The notes: a model not told the origin generated them from the letters alone. 64,000 nucleotides of DNA from Gammaproteobacteria bacterium (GCA_011391405.1 JAABQQ010000238.1:5285-69284); one strand, 5' to 3'; shown: positions 39,939 to 48,966, counted from the first letter of the stretch. Made by a program: numbers and translations.

Positions 39939-40907
39939 ATGCACGCCCCCCTGAATCCGTCGCTGGCCGTCGATTTCTGCGGTCTGCGGCTCGCTTCTCC
40001 CATCGTCCTCCTGTCCGGGTGCGTCGGTTTCGGCGAGGAGTACACGCGGGTGGAAGGATTCTCGAACCGCGACGTCGGGGCGATCGTGCTGAAGGGCACG
40101 ACGCGCGAGCCGCGACTCGGCAATCCGGCGCATCGCGTCTACGAAACGCCGATGGGGATGCTCAATGCCATCGGCCTGCAGAACCCTGGCGCCGCTTACG
40201 TGATCGACCAGATCCTGCCCACGCTCGACTTCACCGAAACGGCGTTCTTCGCCAACGTCTGCGGCTCGACGATCGAGGACTACGTCGAGGTAACGCGCCG
40301 TTTCGACGAGTCGCCGATCGACGCGATCGAGCTGAACATCTCCTGTCCCAACATCAAGGAAGGCGGCGTGCAGTTCGGCAATTCGCCCGACATGTCGGCC
40401 CGCGTGGTCGAAGCGTGCCGGCGCGTGACGAAGAAGCCGCTCATCACGAAGCTGTCGCCGAACCAGACCGACATCAGGGAAAACGCGCGGCGCTGCATCG
40501 AAGCGGGCAGCGATGCGCTCGCGGTCATCAACACCGTGATGGGCATGGCCATCGACGTGAAGTCGCGCAAGCCGGTCATCGGCAACATCCAGGGCGGCCT
40601 TTCCGGGCCGGCGATCAAGCCGATCGCGCTGCTGAAAGTGATGCAGGTCGCCGAGGTCGCGCGCCCGCACAACGTGCCGATCATCGGCCAGGGCGGCATC
40701 TGCAGCGCGGACGATGCACTCGAGTTCATCATCGCGGGCGCGACGACCGTTGGCGTTGGTACCGCGCTGTTCTACGAGCCGCACAGCTGCAAGCGCATCA
40801 ATGACGGCATCGCTGCGTATCTCGCGGCGAACAACATGGAATCGGTCAGTGCGCTGATCGGTAGCCTCGACGCGCCGACGAAGTCGGTCCAGGCCTGCGC
40901 CTGCTGA
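39939..40907 (+). CDS. pyrD: Class 1 (1B-type catalytic subunit-like) dihydroorotate dehydrogenase family flavoenzyme
   Basis: Close motif-by-motif resemblance to Bacillus-type PyrD: SGCVGFGEEY, MLNAIGLQNPG, ELNISCPN, GGLSGPAIKPIAL, IIGQGGI. No pyrK-like partner is adjacent. Confidence 0.75.
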   Translation: MHAPLNPSLAVDFCGLRLASPIVLLSGCVGFGEEYTRVEGFSNRDVGAIVLKGTTREPRLGNPAHRVYETPMGMLNAIGLQNPGAAYVIDQILPTLDFTETAFFANVCGSTIEDYVEVTRRFDESPIDAIELNISCPNIKEGGVQFGNSPDMSARVVEACRRVTKKPLITKLSPNQTDIRENARRCIEAGSDALAVINTVMGMAIDVKSRKPVIGNIQGGLSGPAIKPIALLKVMQVAEVARPHNVPIIGQGGICSADDALEFIIAGATTVGVGTALFYEPHSCKRINDGIAAYLAANNMESVSALIGSLDAPTKSVQACAC

Positions 40908-40956
40908 CTGTCTCTTACCTCTCCCACCGCAGGGCGAAAAAGCGTCTCTGCCGTGC

Positions 40957-41176
40957 GCGGTGCTGGAGGTGACGGTCTTCTGCCGCGCCCCGAAGTCTCC
41001 CGCGCATCGTGAATCGCGCGGAGGATCCGCACGATTCACGGCGACCCTTGCGCGAGCGGGAGCGAAGCGATGGTGTCAGCGCAGTAGCGACCGGACGACG
41101 GTGCCGCTTCGCTCCTACGCTCGAGCTGCGGCGTCCGACACGGGGCGCGGCAGAAGACCGTCACCTCCAGCACCGC
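40957..41176 (+). repeat. Structured palindromic element, copy A (220 bp: 36-bp perfect terminal inverted repeats plus a 148-bp asymmetric core with two internal hairpins)
   Basis: Arms 40957-40992 and 41141-41176 are exact reverse complements. Inner hairpins are CGTGAATCGCGCGG/CCGCACGATTCACG and GGAGCGAAGCG/CGCTTCGCTCC. The outer 9-bp pairing 40945-40953/41205-41213 extends the stem. Confidence 0.85.
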
Positions 41177-41728
41177 ACGCTCCGTAAGTCCCTTTTTCGC
41201 GTCGCGGCAGAGATGAAGACACCCGCACCCGGCCTCGCGGCCGGACTCTCCCGACCAAGTAGCGTTACGGTGGCTGTCCGCTCATCTCGTCGAGGTCGGT
41301 TCGCAACCTCTGCGCCCAGGCCTGAACGGCGTGGCGAAAATCGGCACTGTTGGCGACCGTGCCCGGGAACTGCAGTGTGCGTATCACGCCAGGCTGCGCT
41401 CCGGTGTGTTCATGTGGAGGCCGGCAAGACCGGGGCTCACGCGGATGGTATCGTCGCCCGGGGATCCGGCCCCAGGGAGCACGTACAGCGCGGCCTCACG
41501 GCGCGCGGATATTCGCGCCCACTCTCGACCCGGCCGCATCGAGCAGCAAGCCGTAATGCCGACAGCGAGAGAGGCGGAAACTAGACGTCGTCCCTGCTTG
41601 CGCCTGTTCAGCAATCTCGCCTCTCCCACCGGTTGTCGCCTCGCCCGAATTAGCGGGATTAGTCGCGCAGAGCACGGTTGAGGGTCTTCTCTGTCCTGCG
41701 TTGCCGGGCTTGCAACGTGCGGTGAGGT

Positions 41729-41954
41729 CGTGCGGTACCGGAGGTGGCGGTCTTCCTCCGCGCCCCGTGTCGGACGCCGCAGCTCGAGCGCAGGAGCGAA
41801 GCGGCACCGTGGCCTGGTCGCTACTGCGCTGACACCATCGCTTCGCTCCCGCTCGAGCAAGGGCCGCCGTTAATCGTGCGGGTCTTCCGCACGATTAACG
41901 AAGCGCGGGAGACTTCGGGGCGCGGAGGAAGACCGCCACCTCCGGTACCGCACG
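41729..41954 (-). repeat. Structured palindromic element, copy B (226 bp: 39-bp perfect terminal inverted repeats plus a 148-bp core), inverted relative to copy A
   Basis: Arms 41729-41767 and 41916-41954 are exact reverse complements. The reverse-complemented core aligns to copy A without indels, with about 12 substitutions in 148 nt by hand alignment. Confidence 0.85.
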
Positions 41955-42051
41955 CGTTCACTTCGTAACGATGGTCCGGTCGCCGAGGAAAAAGAGAGGC
42001 CCTCACCCGCACTTTGCGCAACCACTCCCACTGCCGTGGGAGCGGCGAGAA

Positions 42052-43458
42052 CTAGACGTCGTCCATTCCGAGTTCCTTGAGCTTGCGCGTCAGCGTATTG
42101 CGACCCCAGCCGAGCAGCTTCGCCGCTTCCTGTCGTCCGCCGCGAGTCACTTTGAGCGCTTCACGCAGCAGCGTGCGCTCGAACTCCGGCAGCGCATCTT
42201 CCAGCAGCGGCGTGCCACCGCTCACGAGGCGCACCTGCGCCCAGCTCGCGAGTGCTACCGACCACTCCGTGCCATTGGCCGTCGCCATCGCACCGGCTCC
42301 GCCGAGATCGGCCGGAATGTCGCTTGCCTTGATCTCGCGCCCGGCCGCCAGCACCGTGAGGCGACGACACGCGTTGACGAGCTGCCGTACGTTGCCGGGC
42401 CAGTCGAAGGCCGCAAGTGCGCGCGCCGCGTCCTCGGACAGCACTTTAGGCGCGACGCCGAGTTCGATCGCCGCAACGTCGAGATAGTGCTGCAGCAGCT
42501 CGGGGATGTCCTCGCGGCGATTGCGCAGCGGCGGCACTTCGATGCGAATGACGTTCAGGCGATGCAGCAGGTCTTCGCGAAAGAGATTCACCTTCACGCG
42601 CGATTCGAGATCCTGGTGCGTGGCGGCGATGACGCGCACGTCCACTTTCACCGGCAACTGGCCGCCGACGCGATAGAACTCGCCTTCCGCCAGCACCCGC
42701 AGCAGGCGCGTCTGCAATTGCGGCGACATATCGCCGATTTCGTCGAGGAACAGCGTGCCACCGTCGGCCTGCTCGAAGCGCCCGCGGCGCAGCTCGGTAG
42801 CGCCGGTGAATGCGCCCTTCTCGTGGCCGAAAAGTTCCGACTCCAGCAGGTCGGCCGTGAACGCCGACGTGTTGAGCGCGATGAACGGCTTGGTGGCGCG
42901 CGGACTGTGACGATGCAACGCGCGTGCGACCAGTTCCTTGCCGGTGCCGGACTCGCCGGTGATCAACACCGTCATGCTCGAGCGTGACAACCGCCCGATC
43001 GCGCGGAACATGTCCTGCATCGCCGGGGCGTGCCCGAGCATTTCGGGAATGCGGCGCGACTCGGCGGCCGACTCGACGGACTGCTGCTGCGTGGCTGCGC
43101 GTCGCACCAGCTCGACGGCCTGGTCGATGTCGAACGGCTTCGGCAGGTATTCGAACGCACCGCCCTGGTAGGCCGCGACGGCGCTGTCGAGATCGGAGTG
43201 CGCGGTCATCACGATCACGGGCAGCTGCGGCCGCCGCGTGCGCACGTCGTCCAGCAGTTCGAGCCCGCTCCTGCCGGGCATGCGAATGTCGGTCACCAGC
43301 ACGTCGGGCTCGCCACGGCGCAAGGCGGACATTGCGCTGTCGGCGTCCTCGAACGCAATCGGCGACATGCCCGCCTGTTTCAGTGCCCGCTCGAGCACCC
43401 AGCGGATCGATGCGTCGTCGTCGACGATCCAGACTTCAAGTGCCGGCGGTGGGTTCAT
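42052..43458 (-). CDS. ntrC: Nitrogen regulation protein NR(I), sigma54-dependent response regulator NtrC
   Basis: Receiver domain (VWIVDDD...D), AAA+ sigma54-activator motifs (GESGTGKE, GAFTGA, ESELFGHEKGAFTGA) and a C-terminal Fis-type HTH. Downstream of ntrB and glnA. Confidence 0.93.
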   Translation of the reverse strand: MNPPPALEVWIVDDDASIRWVLERALKQAGMSPIAFEDADSAMSALRRGEPDVLVTDIRMPGRSGLELLDDVRTRRPQLPVIVMTAHSDLDSAVAAYQGGAFEYLPKPFDIDQAVELVRRAATQQQSVESAAESRRIPEMLGHAPAMQDMFRAIGRLSRSSMTVLITGESGTGKELVARALHRHSPRATKPFIALNTSAFTADLLESELFGHEKGAFTGATELRRGRFEQADGGTLFLDEIGDMSPQLQTRLLRVLAEGEFYRVGGQLPVKVDVRVIAATHQDLESRVKVNLFREDLLHRLNVIRIEVPPLRNRREDIPELLQHYLDVAAIELGVAPKVLSEDAARALAAFDWPGNVRQLVNACRRLTVLAAGREIKASDIPADLGGAGAMATANGTEWSVALASWAQVRLVSGGTPLLEDALPEFERTLLREALKVTRGGRQEAAKLLGWGRNTLTRKLKELGMDDV

Positions 43459-44542
43459 TGGCGTCGAAAGGCAGCAGGATCGTGAAGACAGTGCGACCCG
43501 GGCGACTGTCGAATTCGATGAGGCCGTCGTGACGGCCGATCAGGTCTTGCGCGACGGCGAGGCCGAGGCCGGTGCCGGTCTTACGCCCCGTGACCAGTGG
43601 ATAGAACACGGTATCCTTGAGTTCGACCGGCACGCCGGGGCCGTCGTCTTCGACCTGGATGCCGACGACGACACGGTAACGGCGACTGCCGATGCTGGCA
43701 TTGGTGAGCGCGCGGGTACGCAGGACGATGCGGCCATGCTCACCGACGGCCTGGATCGCGTTGCGTCCCAGGTTGAGCAGCGCCTGGATGATCTGGTTGC
43801 GGTCGAGCCGCAGGCGCGGCAGGCTCGGGTCGTAATCGCGCTCGATCTGCACGCCCGTGGGCGCCTCGGCAGCGAGCAGGTGCCCGACGTGCTGCACGAT
43901 CTCGTGGATGTTGACCGGCTCCTTGCGCGGCGGCTGGCCGGGCCCGAGCAGGGCGTCGACGAGCGCCGCCAGCCGATCGGCCTCGGCGATGATTACCGCA
44001 GTATATTCGTGCAGCGCTGGTTCCTTGAGCTGGCGTTCGAGCAGCTGCGCCGCACCGCGCAGTCCACCCAGCGGATTCTTGATCTCGTGCGCGAGCTGGC
44101 GAACCATCGCGCGGCTGCCGCCGAGTTGCGTGAGCAGCGCGTTCTCACGCGTAATGCGCTGGTGGTGCGTGGTGTCGGCGAGCTCGACCAGCACGCCGCC
44201 GACGCGGCCCGGCGGATCGAACGGCGTGACGGTGACATCGAGCGCGCGCAGGGGAGCGCCGGGACCGGCTTCGAACGGAATCTCACGGCGTGAGTACTGC
44301 GCGCCAGCCGCGCGCGCGCGGCTCACGACGCCTTCGAGCTCGACGTTGGACTTCAGCAGATCGCGGACGGCGCGACCCATGGCCTGGTTGCGGCCCAGGC
44401 CGAACAGGTCTTCGGCGGGTTCGTTCAGGTGCACGACGGCACCGTCGCCATCGAGCCAGACGATGGAGGTGGCGATGCCGTCGAGCAGAGCGGTGAGTTC
44501 GGCCGGCGTGGGTCGCGCGACGGCTCGAAGTTCGGCGGCCAC
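43436..44542 (-). CDS. ntrB: Nitrogen regulation sensor histidine kinase NtrB
   Basis: PAS domain, H-box HEIKNPLGG, and N and G boxes. Overlaps the ntrC start. Confidence 0.9.
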   Translation of the reverse strand: MAAELRAVARPTPAELTALLDGIATSIVWLDGDGAVVHLNEPAEDLFGLGRNQAMGRAVRDLLKSNVELEGVVSRARAAGAQYSRREIPFEAGPGAPLRALDVTVTPFDPPGRVGGVLVELADTTHHQRITRENALLTQLGGSRAMVRQLAHEIKNPLGGLRGAAQLLERQLKEPALHEYTAVIIAEADRLAALVDALLGPGQPPRKEPVNIHEIVQHVGHLLAAEAPTGVQIERDYDPSLPRLRLDRNQIIQALLNLGRNAIQAVGEHGRIVLRTRALTNASIGSRRYRVVVGIQVEDDGPGVPVELKDTVFYPLVTGRKTGTGLGLAVAQDLIGRHDGLIEFDSRPGRTVFTILLPFDANEPTAGT

Positions 44543-44584
44543 GTCATGCCCTCCCGGGGAGGCGCGACGCGATCGCGAGCGAGT

Positions 44585-45187
44585 TCAGCCGCCCCTGGGC
44601 GCAGCAGGCGGCCGCGGCATGGGCATGGGTTGCGGCGGTCGGACGGCCGGACCCTGGCTCTGTGGATTGGGCAGCGACGGTTGCCGGATATGAAAGACGA
44701 CCGGCTCGCTGCGGATCAGTTCCCTGCCGTCCCGGTTGACGATCACGCTTGTCACCGAATGCACGCCGCGATCGACATTGGTGAGCGAGTGTTCCGTCGC
44801 GTTCTCGCCTGGCAGCAGTTTGCCGTCCAGATAAGTCAGCAGGCGATGCGTGGGCCCCAGTTCGGGCTCCGCGCGCAGGCGGATGCTGACGACGGCGTCG
44901 GCCTCGAAAAAGCTGGCGCCGCTCTCCGGCGACCAGATCTCGAGCCGGTCGTAGACGACCTCGGTCGCCGCGGGTCGTGCCGGGGTCCTGGCAGCCGCCG
45001 CGGCAGAGCTCGCCGCCGTGCTCGAGGGTGACCCGTTCAAGATGATCCTGCGGGCGCCGGGTGCAGGATAGTCCGAGAAGTGAGTGACGCCGTTGGCGTC
45101 CTTCCATTGCCAGACTTCGCGACGTGACGATTGAGCCGAACTCGCGAAGGCGAGCAGGCACCCGAGCAGAAGGAGCCAGGTTTTCAT
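44585..45187 (-). CDS. Exported DUF4124-domain protein
   Basis: Signal peptide MKTWLLLLGCLLAFASSAQS followed by VWQWKDANGVTHFSDYP (the DUF4124 signature). Located between glnA and ntrB. Confidence 0.65.
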   Translation of the reverse strand: MKTWLLLLGCLLAFASSAQSSRREVWQWKDANGVTHFSDYPAPGARRIILNGSPSSTAASSAAAAARTPARPAATEVVYDRLEIWSPESGASFFEADAVVSIRLRAEPELGPTHRLLTYLDGKLLPGENATEHSLTNVDRGVHSVTSVIVNRDGRELIRSEPVVFHIRQPSLPNPQSQGPAVRPPQPMPMPRPPAAPRGG

Positions 45188-45268
45188 GGTCCCTAAGCAT
45201 AGCGATAAGCGATTCCGCTGACAAAGCGACACCCGCGATCCGCGAAGTGCGTCAAGGACGGGGACCTG

Positions 45269-45296
45269 GCCGGGCGGCCACAGGGGGCCACCCGGC
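45269..45296 (-). terminator. GC-rich hairpin downstream of glnA (partial terminator/attenuator before ntrBC)
   Basis: GCCGGGCGGCC-ACAGGG-GGCCACCCGGC is an 11-bp stem with one G-U pair on the minus-strand RNA. No U-tract follows. Confidence 0.35.
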
Positions 45297-45321
45297 GGGA
45301 ACCAGGCCTGACCAGCCCGCG

Positions 45322-46734
45322 TCAGACGCTGTAATAAAGCTCGAGCTCGACCGGGTGCGTCGACATGCGCAGCCGCGTGACTTCCTGCAGCTTCAGGTTG
45401 ATGTAGGCATCGATGACGTCATCCGTAAACACGCCGCCCTCCTTGAGGAACCCGCGGTCCTGGTCGAGCGCTTCGAGGGCCATGTCGAGCGAATGGCAGA
45501 CGGTCGGGATGTTCTTCGCTTCCTCGGGCTCGAGGTCGTAAAGGTCCTTGTCGGCCGGGTCGCCCGGGTGGATCTTGTTCTTCACGCCGTCGAGACCCGC
45601 CATGAGCATCGCCGCAAAGCAGAGATACGGGTTCGCCGTGCTGTCCGGGAAGCGCACTTCGATGCGGCGGCCCTTCGGGTTGATGACGTGCGGGATGCGG
45701 ATCGAGGCCGAGCGGTTGCGCGCGGAATACGCAAGCATCACTGGCGCTTCGAAGCCCGGCACCAGGCGCTTGTAGCTGTTGGTGCTGGCGTTCGAGATCG
45801 CGTTCAGCGCCTTGGCGTGCTTGATGATGCCGCCGATGTAGTAGATCGCGATTTCGGACAGGCCGCCGTACTTGTCGCCGGCGAAGATGTTCTTGCCATC
45901 CTTCGCGAGCGACTGGTTCACGTGCATGCCGTTGCCGTTGTCGCCGACGAGCGGCTTCGGCATGAAGGTGGCCGTCTTGCCGTACGCCGCCGCCACGTTG
46001 TGGATCGCGTACTTCAGGATCTGCACTTCGTCGGCCTTCTTGACCAGCGTATTGGCCGAGACGTTGATCTCGGCCTGGCCGCCGGTGGCGACTTCGGCGT
46101 GGTGCACCTCGACCTTGAGGCCAAGCTCTTCCATCGCACCGCACATCGCGGTGCGCAGATCCTGGTAGGTGTCGACCGGCGGGACGGGGAAGTAGCCGCC
46201 CTTCACGGTTGGACGGTGACCGAGGTTGCCGCCGTCGAGCTGCGCGCCCGAATTCCACGCGCCCTGCGCGGAATCGACTTCGTAGAAGCAGCCGTTGATC
46301 GAGCTGCCGTGACGCACGTTGTCGAAGATGAAGAATTCGTTTTCGGGGCCCCACAACGAGGCATCGGCGATGCCGGTCGATTTCAGGTAGGCCTCGGCAC
46401 GCTTCGCGAGCGAGCGCGGGTCGCGCTCATAGCCCTGCATCGTCGACGGTTCGACGATGTCGCAGCGCAGGTTGAGCGTCGGTTCTTCGAAGAACGGATC
46501 GACGATGGCGGTGCTCGCATCCGGCATGAGGATCATGTCGGACTCCTGGATGCCTTTCCAGCCGGCGATCGACGAGCCGTCGAAGCCCTTGCCGTCCTCG
46601 AAGAAGGCGTCATCGACCATGCGGGTCGGCACGGTTACGTGCTGTTCCTTGCCCTTCGTGTCGGTGAAACGAAGGTCAACGTACTTGATTCCCTTTTCCT
46701 CGATCAGCTTGAGGACGTCGGCACCGGTGCTCAT
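45322..46734 (-). CDS. glnA: Glutamine synthetase type I
   Basis: [23 protein letters not shown], the NGMHVNQSL-type region, and the adenylylation-loop region NLYDLPPEE-like (DLYDLEPEE). 470 aa from the ATG at 46734. Confidence 0.95.
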   Translation of the reverse strand: MSTGADVLKLIEEKGIKYVDLRFTDTKGKEQHVTVPTRMVDDAFFEDGKGFDGSSIAGWKGIQESDMILMPDASTAIVDPFFEEPTLNLRCDIVEPSTMQGYERDPRSLAKRAEAYLKSTGIADASLWGPENEFFIFDNVRHGSSINGCFYEVDSAQGAWNSGAQLDGGNLGHRPTVKGGYFPVPPVDTYQDLRTAMCGAMEELGLKVEVHHAEVATGGQAEINVSANTLVKKADEVQILKYAIHNVAAAYGKTATFMPKPLVGDNGNGMHVNQSLAKDGKNIFAGDKYGGLSEIAIYYIGGIIKHAKALNAISNASTNSYKRLVPGFEAPVMLAYSARNRSASIRIPHVINPKGRRIEVRFPDSTANPYLCFAAMLMAGLDGVKNKIHPGDPADKDLYDLEPEEAKNIPTVCHSLDMALEALDQDRGFLKEGGVFTDDVIDAYINLKLQEVTRLRMSTHPVELELYYSV

Positions 46735-46825
46735 GGGGTCTCCTGATGAATTCGTGCAGCGAATGGGATGCTCAGGGTCGCTCGCCGCGACGGCCCTGCA
46801 GCGTTGCCTGTGAGCGCATTCGGAA

Positions 46826-46841
46826 TGCACCAATTATGCCA
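46826..46841 (-). promoter_or_regulatory. Putative sigma54 (-24/-12) promoter of glnA
   Basis: The minus strand reads TGGCATAATTGGTGCA, with GG-N10-GC spacing as in the TGGCAC-N5-TTGCA consensus. It lies about 90 nt upstream of the glnA ATG. Confidence 0.55.
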
Positions 46842-46905
46842 TCGCACGAAAATCGCGCAACCTGCGGCAGCAATAACCCGATCAGCTCGATTGATGCTGG
46901 TTACG

Positions 46906-46922
46906 TGCGCATTAATGGTGCA
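46906..46922. promoter_or_regulatory. Putative NtrC enhancer site
   Basis: TGCGCATTAATGGTGCA compared with the consensus TGCACC-N5-GGTGCA. It lies about 75 nt upstream of the sigma54 element. Confidence 0.5.
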
Positions 46923-47172
46923 TTTGCTGAGTTAATCGCTCTAGTTTGGTGCGTACGAGACTGATTGCCTCTTCGCCATGCCACTACCCCGAACGGGTTG
47001 CGCAGCCCGCCGGAGCGCGCGGAATGCCTGCGCCCCACGGAATTCCGCCGGCACCGTGCTACAGTTGGATTCGATTCGGGGGGTGCGGAAATACACGTGA
47101 CTGCTGTCACCAAGTGGCGGCCGGGATCGTGCGTCGATAAAAAAGACCCGCGCCGATGCGGGGGAGGTCCCG

Positions 47173-48957
47173 ATGAAGATTCGCGCCCTGGATCGCCGTT
47201 CGCTGGCGATCGCTCTCGCATTCGGCGTCGCAACGGCGCTTGCCGGTTGCGGCTCGAAGGAAGAGCCCGCAGCCACAACCACAACTCCGCCCGCTGCAAC
47301 ACCCGAAGCTGTGCCTTCAGCTCCGGCGCCAGTCCCCACCCCCGTCAGCGCGACCGACGTCGCCAACGCCACGTGGACCGCTGAAGCGCTCGAGGAACTT
47401 CTCGCGCCGATCGCGCTCTATCCCGATCCGGTGCTGTCGCAGGTGCTGATCGCCGCGACCAATCCGCAGGAAGTGCTCGACGCCGGCAACTGGCTCATTG
47501 CCAACGAGGGTCTCGAAGGGAAGGCGCTCGACGACGGCGCCGCGCAGGCCGGGTTCACCCCGCCGATCCGCGCGCTCGTCCAGTTCCCGCAGACCATCGA
47601 CATGATGTGCATGGAAATGGGCTGGACGACCGAACTGGGCCAGGCGTTCGTTGCCGACCAGGCCGGCGTGCTCGCTGCGGTGCAGCGCCTGCGCAAACAG
47701 GCCATGGACGTCGGCAACCTGAAGTCGTCCGAGGCGATGCTCGTCGAGACGCAGCAGCAGGAAGGCCAGGAAGTGGTCGTGCTGAAGCCGCCGAAGCCGG
47801 AAGTGGTCTACGTGCCGACGTACGACCCGCAAGCCGTCTACGCACCGGCGCCTGCCGCGGCAACCGCGCCCGTTGCGACGACGACCACCACCACGACCGA
47901 GAAGTCGGGCCACAGCACCGGTACGCTGATCACCACGGGCCTGCTCTCGTTCGGCGCCGGCATCCTCGTCAACGAACTCTTCGATGACGACGACGACGAC
48001 TATCGCCACGGCTACTACTACCCGAACTACGGCTATGGCGGCATGCCTTATTACCCGCCGTACCCGTACCGCCCGTCGTACGGCGGCGGCTACTACCCGA
48101 GCAACGGTTACAACCGCCCGCCGAACTACAACAGCGGCTTCCAGAACAACGGCAACATCTACGTCAACACCGGCGGCGGCAACCGCCCCGGCGGCAATAA
48201 CAACAACTACTGGAATAAGTACGACAACAAACCGGGCCTGGGTGCCAACAACGGCGGCTACAACAAGGCGCGCAAGACCAGCAGCCCGATCACGCAGGCG
48301 AAGCCGAACCGGTCCGACCTGAACGACCTCAGCAAGCGCCAGCCGCGCGCCATGCCGGCAGACGTCAAGCGACCTGCGTCCAACGCAACGGCCAGCAACT
48401 GGAAGGGCCAGCAGGGTTATGCAGGCAAGGACAAGCGACCCGCTTCGGCAAAAAGCCCACAGGAGCGGATCAACTCGGCCGCACCGGGCTATTCGAAGCC
48501 TGCCTCGAATGCGCGCCCCGGCGCTCAGAACAAGACGGCGCCGAAGGTGCAGGGATCGTACGCGGGTAAAGACAAGGCGAATCGTCCGTCCACGGGCTCG
48601 ATGCCGGGCACACGTGACATACAGAAGCCCGCGCAGAAGCCGATGCAGAAACCGGCCACGCGCGACATGCCGAAGCCCTCGCAGAAATCCATGCCGAGCG
48701 GCGATCGCGGTTACGGCGCCGGCAATTCGCAGCGGCCGTCGCCGAAACCCTCAGCCAAGCCAGCCCCGATGAACCGCCCGTCACCTGGCATGCAGCAGGG
48801 TGGCAACAAGGCACACAAGGGCACCGCAATGTCGGGCGCGAACAGCAACCGCGGCAGCGCGGGCGCAGCGAGCCAGCGCGGCAAGCAGAGCATGCCGCAG
48901 GGCGCCCGCAGCAAGGGCGGTGGCGGTGGCGGTGGCGGCAAGAAGAAAGCGCGCTGA
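47173..48957 (+). CDS. DUF3300-family lipoprotein with a ~350-aa low-complexity C-terminal region
   Basis: Lipobox LAGC. The DUF3300-type segment LEELLAPIALYPDPVLSQVLIAATNPQEVLDA. Then a Y/G/N/P-rich and K/P/Q-rich tail ending GGGGGGGKKKAR. Strong SD (GGGGAGG). Confidence 0.7.
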   Translation: MKIRALDRRSLAIALAFGVATALAGCGSKEEPAATTTTPPAATPEAVPSAPAPVPTPVSATDVANATWTAEALEELLAPIALYPDPVLSQVLIAATNPQEVLDAGNWLIANEGLEGKALDDGAAQAGFTPPIRALVQFPQTIDMMCMEMGWTTELGQAFVADQAGVLAAVQRLRKQAMDVGNLKSSEAMLVETQQQEGQEVVVLKPPKPEVVYVPTYDPQAVYAPAPAAATAPVATTTTTTTEKSGHSTGTLITTGLLSFGAGILVNELFDDDDDDYRHGYYYPNYGYGGMPYYPPYPYRPSYGGGYYPSNGYNRPPNYNSGFQNNGNIYVNTGGGNRPGGNNNNYWNKYDNKPGLGANNGGYNKARKTSSPITQAKPNRSDLNDLSKRQPRAMPADVKRPASNATASNWKGQQGYAGKDKRPASAKSPQERINSAAPGYSKPASNARPGAQNKTAPKVQGSYAGKDKANRPSTGSMPGTRDIQKPAQKPMQKPATRDMPKPSQKSMPSGDRGYGAGNSQRPSPKPSAKPAPMNRPSPGMQQGGNKAHKGTAMSGANSNRGSAGAASQRGKQSMPQGARSKGGGGGGGGKKKAR

Positions 48958-48966
48958 GCGAGGAGC

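Noticed and set aside
41293-41312. tRNA T-arm-like sequence GAGGTCGGTTCGCAACCTC in the non-coding gap. I also checked the same gap for RNase P RNA, tmRNA and 6S-like signatures.
   Set aside because: No matching acceptor stem, D-arm or anticodon arm could be built around it. None of the conserved RNase P (GAAAGUCCGGGC, ACAGAACCCGGCUUA) or tmRNA (tag ORF, terminal tRNA-Ala-like end) blocks are present. A cmscan would be needed to exclude other families.
41009-41860. ORFs of 158-191 aa on both strands across the pyrD-like/ntrC gap (41009-41584 plus strand, 41384-41860 minus strand).
   Set aside because: They are read through the palindromic elements, so the same peptide strings appear on both strands. 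They are Arg/Pro/Ala-rich, and they lack SDs and any family resemblance.
42015-42030. Sigma54-like GG-N10-GC motif (minus strand TGGGAGTGGTTGCGCA) just downstream of ntrC. It would parallel the NtrC-dependent sRNA NrsZ that follows ntrC in Pseudomonas.
   Set aside because: Only 4/6 and 3/5 matches to the -24/-12 consensus. It lies inside a 7-bp hairpin, has no nearby NtrC palindrome, and no NrsZ-like triple stem-loop repeats follow. Kept only as a reason to look at RNA-seq here.
47139-47166. A6 run followed by the GC hairpin CCCGC-GCCGAT-GCGGG immediately upstream of the DUF3300 SD. On the minus strand it looks like a small intrinsic terminator (hairpin plus T6).
   Set aside because: The stem is only 5 bp, and there is no minus-strand transcription unit upstream that it could terminate. 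It may modestly occlude the SD, but the evidence is too thin to call a feature.
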